From the NCBI GenBank assembly GCA_009914755.4, contig CP068257.2:9696001-9760000 (forward strand): DNA of 64,000 nucleotides. The letters run 5' to 3'. The translations under genes were made by a program, and so were the position numbers. This stretch comes from the human T2T-CHM13v2.0 reference genome, Homo sapiens. The notes below the pieces were generated by a model. That model saw only the letters and a program-made list of their open reading frames with translations, was not told the origin of the DNA and did no database searches. Below, piece after piece: positions 39,280 through 49,924 of the stretch (positions within the stretch are counted from its first letter, which is position 1; every line of letters begins with the position of its first letter).

Positions 39280-42200
39280 GAGGGGCAGTTGAGGTTTGAG
39301 GAAGGCGAGGTGAGGCACCTGTAGCAGAAAAAAAAAAAACCGCACCACGGAGAAGCAGAGCCTGGGTCCCCAACTGACAAAAGTGTCTTCCCATTAGCCC
39401 TTGCGCTGGGCCCAGGTGTCCCTGGCATTCCTGGTTCGAGACCAGGGTGCGCTTCAGGCCGCTAGGGGTACCCAAAAGCGGGCAGAAGGCCCATGAGGTG
39501 AAGGTGATGCACCTGGGGCAGAGAAAAAAAAAAAACAACCGCGCCGCGTATAAGCGGGGCCTGGCTCCCCCACAGAAGAAACTGTCCTCACATCAGCGCT
39601 TGCGCTGCACCCCAGGGACCCTGGTATCCCTGGCTCGAGCCCAGCGTGCGCCTCGGCCTGCTAGGGGTACCCCAAGGCAGACAGAAGGCCCATGAGGGAA
39701 AGGTGAAACACCTGGGGCAGAGAAAAAAATAAAAAAACTGCGCCGCCCAGAAGTGGGGCCTGGGTCCCCCACAGACGAACGTCCCTACCCATCAGCCCTG
39801 AACTGGGCCCCGGAGACCCTAGCGTCCCTGGCTCGAAACCAGGGTGCGCTTTGGACCCGCTAGTGGTACCTCAAGGCGGGCAGAAAGCCCATGAGGGGAA
39901 GGTGAGGCACCTGGGGAAAAGCGAAAAAAACAAAAACAAAAACAAAAACGTCGCAGAGAAGCAGAGCCTGGGTCCCCGAGGAAGAAAGTGTCTTCGCATC
40001 AGCCCTTGCGCTGGGCCCCGGGGACCCTGGTGTCCCAGTTTCGAACCCAGGGTGTGCGTCTGGCCACTAGGGGTACCCCAAGTCGGACAGAAGGCCTATG
40101 AGGGGAAGGTGAGGTTTGAGGGAGGAGACGTGAGGCAACTGTGTCAGAAAAAAAAAAAAAAAAAAAAAACACGCCGCGGAGAAGCGGGGCCTGGGTCCCC
40201 AACGGACGAAAGTGCCTTCCCATCAGCCCCTGCGCTGGGCCCCATGGACACTGGCGACCCTGGTTAGAGCCCAGGGTGCGCCTCGTGCCCAATAGGGGTA
40301 TCCCAAAGCGGGCAGAATGCTCATTAGGGGAAGGTGAGACACCTGGGGCAGAGAAAAAAAAAACTGCGCCGCAAAGAAGCGGGACCTGGGTCCCCCACGG
40401 ATGAAAGTGTCTTCCCATCAGCCCCTGCCCTGGGCCCCATGGACCCTGGCAACCCTGGTTCGAGCCCCAGGTGCGCCTCGCGCCCGCTAGGGTTACCCAG
40501 AAGCCGGCAGAAGGCCCATGAGAGGAAGGTGAGACACCTGGGGCAAAGGAAAAAAAAAACCGCGCTGCAGAGAAGCGAGGCCTGGCTCCTCCACGGACGA
40601 AGGTGTCTTCCCATCAGCCCCTGCGCTGGGCCCTGGGGAACCTGGTGTCCCTGGCTGGAAACCAGGGTGCACCTCGGACCTGCTAGGGGTACCCCAAGGA
40701 GAGCAGAAAGCCCATGAGGGGAAGGTGAGGCACCTGCGGCAGAGAAAGAAGAAAAACCGCGCCGCGGAGAAGCGGGGCCTGGGTCCCCCACTGACGAAAG
40801 TGTCTTTCTGTCAGCCCTTGAGCTGGGTCCCGAGGACGCTGACATCCCTGGTTCGAGCCCACGCTGCGCCTCAGGCTGCTACGAGTACCCCAAGGAGGAA
40901 AGAAGGCCCAAAAGTTTCAGCTGAGGTTTGAGGGAGGAGAGATGAGGCACCTGTGGCAGAAAAAAAAAAAAAAAAACGCGCAGCGGAGAACCGGTGCCTG
41001 GGTCGAAAGTGCCTTCCCATCAGCCACTGCGCTTGGCCCCATGGAACCTGGCCTCCATGGTTCGAGCCCAGGGTGCGCCTCGGGCCGCTACCGGTACCCC
41101 AAAGTGTGCAGAAGGCCCATGAGGGGAAGGTGAGGCACCTGGGGCAGAGAAAAAAAAAACCTCGCCGCGGAGAAGCGGGGACTGGGTCCCCCCCACGGAC
41201 GAAAGTGTCTTCCCATCAGCCCTTGCGCTGGGCCCCAGGGACCCTGGCTTCCCTGGTTCGAGCCCACAGTGCACCTCGGGCCGCTAGGTGTACCCCAAGG
41301 CAGACAGAAGGCCCATGAGGGGAAGGTGAGGTTTGAGGGAGGAGCGGTGAGGCACCTGTGGCAGAAAAAAAAAAAACGCGCCACGGAGAAGCAGGGCATG
41401 GGTCCCCCACGGACGAAAGTGCCTTCCCATCAGGCCCTGCGCTGAGCCCCGTGGACCCTGGCGACCTTGGCTCAAACCCAGGGTGCGCCTCGGGCGGTTA
41501 GGGGTACCCCAAGGCGGGCAGAAAGCCCATGAGGGGAAGTTGAGGTTTGAGGGAGGAGAGGTGAGGCACCTGTGGCAGGAAAAAAAAAAAAAAAAAAACC
41601 GCACCGCAGAGAAGCGGGGCTTGGGTCCGGCACGGACGAAAGTGTCTTCCCATCAGCCCTTGCGCTGCGCCCCGGGGACCCTGACGACCCTGATTCGAGC
41701 CGAGGGTGCGCCTCGGTCCACTAGGGGTACCCCAAAGCAGGCAGATGGCTCATGAGGGGAAGGTGAGGTACCTGGGGAAGCCAAAAGAAAAAAAAAACTG
41801 CGCCGCGGAGAAGCGGTGCCTGGGTCCCCCACGGACGAAAGTGTCTTCCTATCAGCCCTTGCACTGGGCCCCGGGAACCCTGGCGTCCCTGGTTCGACCT
41901 CATGGTTCGCCTTGGGCCGCTAGGGGTACCCCAAGGCGGGCAGAAGGCCCATGAGGCAAAGGTGAGGTTTGAGGGAGGAGAGGTGAGGCACCTGTGGCAG
42001 AAAAAAAAAACGCGCCACGGAGAAGGGGGGCCTGGGTCCCCCATTGACGAAAGTGCTTTACCATTAGCCCCTGCGCTTGGCCCCGTGCACCCTGGCGACC
42101 CTGGTTCGAACCCAGTGTGCGCCTCGGGCCGCTAGCCGTACCCCAAAGTGGGCAGAAGCCCATGAGGGGAAGGTGAGGCACCTGGGGCGGAGAAAAAAGG

Positions 42201-43400
42201 AAAAAACCTCGCCACGGAGAAGGGAGGCCTGGGTTCCCCACGAAAGAAAGTGCCTTCCCATCAGACCCGGTGCTAGGCCCCAGGGACCCTGGCATCCCTG
42301 GTTCGAGCCCAGGGTGCGCCTCGGGCCGCTGGGGGTACCCCAAGGCGGACAGAAAGCCCATGAGGGGAAGGTGAGGCACCTGTGGCAGAAAAAAAAAAAA
42401 ACCGCGCCGCAGTGAAGCTGGGCCTGGGTCCCCCACTTACGAAAGTGCCTTCCCATCAGGCCTTGCGCTGGACCTCGCGGACACTGGTGACCCTGGTTCG
42501 AGCCCAGGGTGCGCCTTGGGCCCGCTAGGGTTACCCAGAAGCGGGCAGAAGGCCCATGAGGGGTAGGTGAGGCACCTGAGGCAGAGAAAAAAAAAACTAT
42601 GCCGCGGAGAAGCGGGGCCTGGGTCCCCCACGGAAGAAAGTGTCTTCCCATCAGCCCCTGAGCTGGGCCCACGGGACCCTGGCATCCCTGGTTCAAACCA
42701 GGGTGCGCTTCGGGCCTCTTGGGGTACCCCATGGTGGGCAGAAAGCCTATAAGGGGAAGGTGAGGTTTGAGGGAGGAGAGGTATGGCACCTGTGGCATAA
42801 AAGAAAAAAAAAAAACCGCGCCACAGAGAAGCAGGGCCTGTGTCCCCCAAGGACGAAAGTGCCTTCTCATCTGCCCTTGTGCTGGGCCCCGGGGACCCTG
42901 TCATCCCTGGCTCGAATCCAGGGTGCGCCTCTGGCCTGCTAGGGGTAACCCAAAGCGGGCAGAAGGCGCATGAGGGGAAGGTGAGTCACCTGGGGCAGAG
43001 AAAAAAAAAAACAGCACTGCGGAGAAGCGGGGCCTGGGTCCCCCACGGGTGAAAGTGTCTCCCCATCAGCCCTTGCGCTGTGCCCTGGGGACCCTGGCAT
43101 CCCTGGTTCGAGCCCAGGGTGCGCCTCGGGCCACCAGGGGTACCACAAGGTGGACAGAAGGCCCACGAGGGAAAGGTGAGGCACCTGGGGCAGAGAAAAA
43201 AAACTGTGCCACGGAGAAGCGGGGACTGGGCCCCCACGGACGAGAGTGTATTCCCATGAACCCTTGCGCTGAGCCCCAGGGACCCTGGCGTCCCTGGTTC
43301 GAGTCCAGTGTGCACCTAAGGCGGCTAGGGGTACCCCAAGTCGAACAGAAGGCCCATGAGGGGAAGTGAGGTTTCAGGGAGTAGAGGTGAGGCACCTGTG
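39280..43400 (+). repeat. CpG-rich macrosatellite with about 21-22 tandem copies of a 190-215 bp unit, each holding an A9-A22 tract; short and long unit variants
   Basis: The unit reads ggggtaccccaaggcgggcagaaggcccatgaggggaaggtgaggcacctggggcagag(a)n ccgcgccgcggagaagcggggcctgggtcccccacggacgaaagtgtcttcccatcagcccttgcgctgggccccagggaccctggcgtccctggttcgagcccagggtgcgcctcgggccgcta. The long variant inserts gaggtttgagggaggagaggtgaggcacctgtggcag. Copies are 85-95% identical. Unit starts fall near 39280, 39494, 39683, 39888, 40095, 40325, 40518, 40715, 40915, 41118, 41318, 41530, 41748, 41952, 42171, 42358, 42557, 42745, 42963, 43163 and 43355. Confidence 0.95.
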
Positions 43401-46400
43401 GCAGGTGTCCATCTGTAAACTACTTATCCATGTGAGCCCTGATGTCCACCAGGGGCTGGATGTCCCCCTGGGGCTAGATGTTCGCCTGGAGCCTGGTGCC
43501 CACCTGGGGCCTGATATCCAGGAGAGGCTTAGTTATCCACCTATGGCCATCTGGAGCCAGATGCCCACCTGAGGTCTGGTGTACACCTAAGGCCCGATCT
43601 CTACCTGGGGCTTGGGTGTTCATGTGGGGCCTGATGTCCACCTAAGACCATGTGTTCACCTGGAGCCTGGGTGACCATCTGGGTTATGATGTTCAGCTGG
43701 GGCCCAGAGTTCAGCTAGGGACTGGGTCAACCTTCTGCTTGTTGCACACCTGGGGACTAGGTACCCACCTGGGCTCCAGTGTTCACTGGGGCCTTGTATT
43801 TACCTAGGACCAGTGCATCCATCTGGGGTCTGAGTGCCCTCATGGAGCCTGGAGTTTTCCTGGGGACTGGGGTCTGCCTTAGGCTTAAGTGTACATCTGT
43901 GGCCTCATGTCCACCTTGGGACAGATGTCCACCTGGGGACGGATATTCAGTAGGGGCCTGAGTGTCCACCTGGTTTTTGATGTCTACCTGGGGCCTGGTG
44001 TTCATCTGAGGTGTGATATCCACCTGGGGCCTGGACATTTGCCTGGAACCTGATGTACAGCTGGTGCCTGAAGTTCGTCTATGCCTGGTGTCTCCCTGGG
44101 GCCAGGTAGTCAAACACAGGGCCTGAATACCTTCTAGAGTTCAGTGTTCACCTGGGGTCCGAAGTCCACTTAGGGCTTGGGTGTCCAAATAGGGCCTGGT
44201 GTCAGCTTGAGATTTGTGTATTTACCTAGGGCCTGGTTGTCCACTTGGGGCTTGATTTTTCACTTGGTTTTTGTGTTAATCAGGGGTCTAGTGTCCACCT
44301 GGGGCCTGGGTATCCACCTAGGGACTATTGTCCGGCTGGAGACTAATGACTAACTATGGCCTGGTAATCACCTAAGGCTTTGTTTCACTTAGGTACTTGG
44401 TGCCAAACTGTTGCCTGCTGTTCACCTGGGGTATGGTGTCCACCTGGGGTCTGGATGTCAGCCTGGGGCTTGTTGTATACATGTATCTTAGATATCCAGA
44501 TAAGGGTCTGTTTTCTGCTTAGGTGCAGCAGTCCATCTGGTGCTTGAGTGTCAACCTAAGGCCTGATGTCTATGTTGGACCTTGGGTTCACCTGAGGCCT
44601 GATATCCACCTGGGGCCTCAATGTCCAAATGGGGCCTGATGCCCATCTGGGTCCTGGGTGTCCACCTGCAGCATGGATGTCCACTGGTACTTTATGTCCA
44701 CCAGGGGCCTAATGTCCACCTAAGACCTGGTGTTCACCTGGGGTCTGATGTTCAGCTGAAGACAGGATGTCCACCTGGAGCCGAGGAATCCACCCAGGGA
44801 CTGGTGTTGAACTGGGGCCTGATGACCACCCGGGGACAAGGTACACATCAGGCTTGTTGTCCACCTGTCACCAGATGTCCACCTGAGTCCTGATGTCCAT
44901 CTTGATCCTGTTTGTCCACATTAGGCCTGATGTCCAGCTGGGGCCTAGGTACCCACTGGGGGCTTCCTGTTAACCTGGGGACTGGTGTCATTCTGGGGCC
45001 TAATGACCACCTGGGTTGTATTATTCACCTAGGGCCTGGTGTCCACTTGGGGCTTGAGTGTAACCTTGGACCTGGCACCCACATAGGATTGGGTATCAAA
45101 CTGGCCCCTTGGTGTCCAGTTAAGACATCATGTGAACCTGGCGCCTGAGTGTCCACATGGGTCCAAATGACTACTGGGGGCCTGAATGTCAACCTAGAAT
45201 CTGAGGTTTACTAGGGGCCTAGGTATCCACCTGGGGCCCAATGTCCACCTGAGCCTGGGTGTCAACCTGGGGCCTGATGTAAACCTCTAGTTCACTATCC
45301 ACCTTGGGCTTAATGTCAACCTGGAGCCCGATGTCCACCTGAGTACTGATGTTCACCTTTGACCTGATGTCCACCTGTGGACTGTTTATCCACCCATGGC
45401 CTGATGTTCACCTGGGGCTGAATGTCCAACTGTGACCTGTTGTGCACCTGGAACCTAGGCATCCACCTGCAGCCTGATGTTCAGCTGGGCTGGGACCTGG
45501 AGTTCACCTGAGGCATGATGTCCACCTGAAGCTTGATGTTCACCTGGGGGCTGGGTGTCCACTTGGGGCCCAATATCCACCTGGAGACTAGGTACCCACC
45601 TGGGATCTGGTGTTCACTCAAGATTGGTGTTCAGCTGTGGCCTAATGACCACCTGGGTCACGGTGTCTACCTTGGACTGGGTGCTCACCTGGAGCCAGTG
45701 TTCACTGGGGGCCTAGTGTGCACCTGAGACTGGGGGATGCACCTGGGGCCTGGTGTCTACCTGGTGCCTAGGTATCCACTTGGGGCCTAATGTTCATCTG
45801 GAATCTGATATCCACCTGGGGCCTTGTAATTACCTGGGTTCTGGGCATCCACCTAGGGCTTGAGTATCCTCCTGGGGCCTTGAGTTTTACTAGGGACTCG
45901 TGTCTGCCTTGGACCTGGGTGTATATCTGTTACCTAATGTACACCTTGAGAGTGATGTCAACCTGGGGACAGATGTCCTCTTGGGGTCTGAGTGTACACC
46001 TGGTGTCTGATGTCTGCCTGGGGACTTGTGTTCACCTTAGACCTGATATTCACCTGGGGACTGGGCGTCCACGAGGGGCTGATGTTCAGCTGGACACTGG
46101 ATATCCACCTGGGGCTTGGGGATCCATCCAGAAACTGATGTCAAACTGGGGCCTGATGTCTACCTGCGGACTAGGTATCCATGTGAGGCTTGATGTTCAT
46201 CCACGGCCAGACGTCCATCTGATGCTTGATGTCCACCTTACTCCTGGGTGTCTACTAGAGACCTCATGTCCAACTAGAATTTAGGAACCTACTGGGGGCC
46301 TCGTGTAAACCTGGGGACTGGTATGAAGCTGGGTCCTAATGATCCCCTGGGTCATATTATTCACCTAGGGCCTCATGTCCACTTGGGGCTTCAGTGTCAA

Positions 46401-47150
46401 ACTTAGGTCTTGTGTTCATCTTTGACCTGGTGTACACCTGGGACACCTACGGACTTGGTGTCCAATTGAGGTGTCATGACCACCTGGGGACTGAATGTCA
46501 ATCTGGGGTCTGATGTAAACCTCTAGTTCAGTATCCACCTGGGGTCAGATGTCTTCCTAGAGACTTATATTCACTTTTGACCTGATGTCCACCTGGGGAC
46601 TTGTTATCCATCCATGGTCTGATATTCACCTGGAGACAGATGTTCAACTGTGGTCAGAAGTGCTCCTGGGGTCTGGGCTTCCACCTGGAGCCTGATGTTT
46701 AGCTGGGGCTAGAGTTCACATGGAGAATGATGTCCACCTGAAGTTTGATGTTTACCTGGGGCCTGATACCTACCTGGTGCCCAAGTATTCTCATGTGCCT
46801 AACATCCACTAGTTGGCCTGATGTTCATCTGAGGGCTTGGTGTCAACCAGTGGCTTTATGTACACCTGGATTCTAGTGTCCTCCTGGGGTCTTATGCCTA
46901 CCAGGAGTCTGGTGTACCCCTGGGGTCTAGTATCCACCTGCAGTCTGGGCGTCCACCTGGAGCCTAATGTTGAGGTTAGACTGAGTGTCAGCCTGAGGCC
47001 TGATGTCTACTAGGGCATAGATATTCACCTGGGGCTTGTTGTTTACCTGGGGACTAATGTCAACCTTGAGCCTAGGTATCCACCTGGGGAATAGTGTCCA
47101 GTTGCAGCCAGATGTCCACCTATGGCCTGAAGCATGGTTGTTATCCTAAG
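43400..47150 (+). repeat. 18-bp minisatellite array, forward block 1 (consensus about ggcctgatgtccacctgg, about 200 degenerate units)
   Basis: Continuous 18-19 bp periodicity is seen, for example in cacctggggcctggtgttcacctggggcctgggtgacaacctgggatctgatgttcacctgaggcc. The E-box core cacctg recurs every unit. Confidence 0.95.
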
Positions 47151-47159
47151 TCCTTGTAT

Positions 47160-47515
47160 TAGTCCATTTTCACACTGTTATAAAAAACTACCTGATATTG
47201 GGCAACTTATGAGGAAAAGAGGTTTAACTGACCCACAGTTCTTCAGGCTTAATAGGGAGCATGACTGGGCGGGCTCAGGACACTTACAATCATGATGTAA
47301 AGCCCTTTTTACCATGTGGGAGGAGGAGGGAGACAGAAGGGGGATGTGCTACACACTTTCAAATAACCAGGTCTCGTAAGAACTCTATCACGAGAACACC
47401 AAGTGGGAAGTCTGCCCCCATGATTCAATCACCATTCACCAGGCTCATTCTTCAACCCATGGGGATTACAATTCAACATGAGATTTGGGTGGAGACATAG
47501 AGCCAATATCAGGCC
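47160..47515 (+). mobile_element. L1-type (older subfamily) 3'UTR fragment inserted inside the minisatellite array
   Basis: The string gtattagtccattttcacactgttataaaaaactacctgatattgggcaacttatgaggaaaagaggtttaactgacccacagttcttcaggc...tacaatcatgatgtaaag...ccatgattcaatcaccattcaccaggctcattc...attcaacatgagatttgggtggagacatagagccaatatcag belongs to the same repeat family as 19440-19855. Confidence 0.6.
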
Positions 47516-47519
47516 TGAT

Positions 47520-47670
47520 GCCCGCCTGGAGTCATGTCTACCTGAGGCCTAATGTAGACATGAGGCCTGGGCATTCACCTAGGACCTCATGTTAAGATAG
47601 GGGCTGGAGTTCTTTTGGTGCCTAGTGTATACCTGGGGCCCAGATGTATAACTAGAACCTGATGTTTCAG
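47520..47670 (+). repeat. 18-bp minisatellite, short forward block
   Basis: It contains cctggagtcatgtctacctgaggcctaatgtagacatgaggcctgggcattcacctaggacc and ends at the near-palindrome acctgggccccaggtg. Confidence 0.8.
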
Positions 47671-47679
47671 ATGGAAACC

Positions 47680-47925
47680 TGGGCCCCAGGTGCTCATCAG
47701 ATCCCACGTGAAAACTCAGGCTTCAGGTGCACATCAGACTCCAAGTGGACACATAGGCCCTAGGTTGATACCAAGATTTCAGGTAGACTCTGGGTCCCAG
47801 AAAAACACCCCGCCCTAGGTGGACAGCTGAACCTGAGTAGACATCAGGCCCCGGATTGACATCTGGCCTCAGGTAGATTCCTAGGCCCAAGGTGAATACT
47901 CAGTCTCCTGCCCTAGGGGAATTCA
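47680..47925 (-). repeat. 18-bp minisatellite, inverted block
   Basis: Units appear as the reverse complement, caggtggacatcaggcc, within cacatcagactccaagtggacacataggccctaggttgataccaag...ctaggtggacagctgaacctgagtagacatcaggccccgg. Confidence 0.85.
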
Positions 47926-47939
47926 GTCTTAGGTGATTA

Positions 47940-49920
47940 AGGACTGGTGTTCCTCTGGGGCCTCATGTCTACCTGGGCCCTGGGAGTGCACATGGAGCCA
48001 GATGTCTATAAAGGGCCTGAGTGTCCACTAGGGCCTGAGGTTCACCAGGAGCATAGACATCCACCTAGGACCTCGTGTCCACCTAAAACCTGGTGTTCAC
48101 CTGGGGCCTGGGTGACAACCTGGGATCTGATGTTCACCTGAGGCCCAGAGTTCAGCTGGTGCCTATGTCAGCCTGGCACCTGATACACACGAGATGACTA
48201 GGTGCCCACCTGAGGACTGGTGTTCATGGGGAACTGGTGTTCAGCTGTGGCTTGATGAGCAACTGGGTCCTGGTGTCCTCCTGGCAACTGATGTCCACCT
48301 GGGACTTCATGCTTACCTAGGGCCTGGTGTTCCCCTGGGGCCTGGTGTGCCCCTGAGATCTGGGGTCCACCTGGGCCTAGTATCCACTTGGGGGCCTCAT
48401 ATCCATCTGGAACATCATGTCCACTTGGGGCCTTGTAGTTACCTAGGGACTGGGTGTCCTTCTGGCACTTGGGTGTCCTCCTGGGGCCTGGGGTTCTCCT
48501 GGGGCCTGGGTGTACATCTCTGGCCTGATGTCCACCTTGGGTGGATGTCCACCTGGGGACAGATGTTCACTTGTGGCTTGAGTGTCCATCTCGTGTCTAA
48601 TGTCTACCTGGGGCCTGGTGTTTGCCTGAGGCCTTATATCCACCTGGGGCCTGGGCATCCATTTGAGGCCTGATGTCTACCTAAGACCTGGTGTTTAACT
48701 GGGGCACAGACTTCTTCCTGGAGCCTGACGTTCATCTGGAGCCTGAAGTTCACCTGTGCTTGTTGTCTACCTGAGGCCTATGTGTCAACCTAGTGCCTGA
48801 TGACCACCCTGAGTTCAGTGTTCACCTGGGGCCTGACATCTGTCTGGAGTCTGGGTGTCCACATAGGGCCTGATGTTGGCTTGGGACCAAAGTATTTACC
48901 TAGGGCCTGGGTGTCTACTTACAGCCTGACTTCTACATGGTTCATTGTGTCAACCTGGGGCCTGATGTCCACTTAGGTCCTAGGTAAGCTCCTTATGACT
49001 AAAGTCCACATGGGGGCTGAAACCATCTCAGACCTTGAACCTAGGGCTTAGTGTCGACCTGAGACCTGGTGACCCCCTGGGGTCAAGGTATCCACCTTGG
49101 GCCTGATGACCAACTGGGGTTTAAGGATCTACCTAGAGACTGGTGTCAACCTGGAACCTGATGTCCACTTGGGGTCTGGTGTACACCTTGGGCCTGATGC
49201 CCACCTTGGCACAGGTGTACACTTTGGGCCTAGTGTGCACCTGAAGCCTGGCTGTCAACCTGGGTCTTGATGCACACCTTTAGTCAAGTGTTAAACTGGG
49301 GCCTGATGAAATACTGGAGCCTGATTTACACCTGTGTACTGGGTCTCCACCTGGGGCCTGATGTCCACCTGCAGCCAGATATCCACCTGGCACCAGATGT
49401 CTTTGAGGAATCTGGGTGTCCACCTTGAAAATGATGTATTCCAAGAGACTAGGCATGCACATTGGGCCTGGGGTGCACCTAGGTCCTGATGTCTACCTGA
49501 GGCTGGTATTGAGCTGGGGCCTGTGTGTTCGCTTGGAGCCTGATGTTCATTTGGAACCTGGTGTTCACCTAGGACATGGGTATCCACATGGATCCTGATT
49601 TTCAGGTGGGGAGTGGATATAGATCTGGGACCTGATGGCCACCTATGCTATAAGTAACCCAACCACCTGAGGCCTGATGTTCACCTGCAGCCTGATATCC
49701 ACCTGGTACCTGTGTGTCAATCTAGTGCCTGGTGTCCAGTTGAGGACTAGGCAGACACCTGGGGCTTGGCGTTCACCAGGGGCCTGGTGTTCATCTTGCA
49801 CCCAGTGTCCACCTGGACCCTGTGTATCAACCTGTGGCCTAGGTGGCCACTGTAGCTTTATGTGCACCTGGGGCCTGAGAGTTTCCTAGGATCTGATGAC
49901 CACTGGGGCCCAGGTATCCA
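47940..49920 (+). repeat. 18-bp minisatellite, forward block 2 (about 2 kb)
   Basis: It reads ctggggcctcatgtctacctgggccctgggagtgcacatggagccagatgtc... and continues to ...gatgaccactggggcccaggtatccacctggg. Confidence 0.95.
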
Positions 49921-49924
49921 CCTG

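Noticed and set aside
42064-42870. Long minus-strand ORFs (up to 268 aa, and several of 100-180 aa) across 39000-43400
   Set aside because: They lie wholly within the 200-bp macrosatellite. The open frames are a by-product of near-identical GC-rich units, occur in several frames on both strands, and show repeating peptides (..GAVFFFSAPGASPSPHGPSA..) with no start context or domain similarity.
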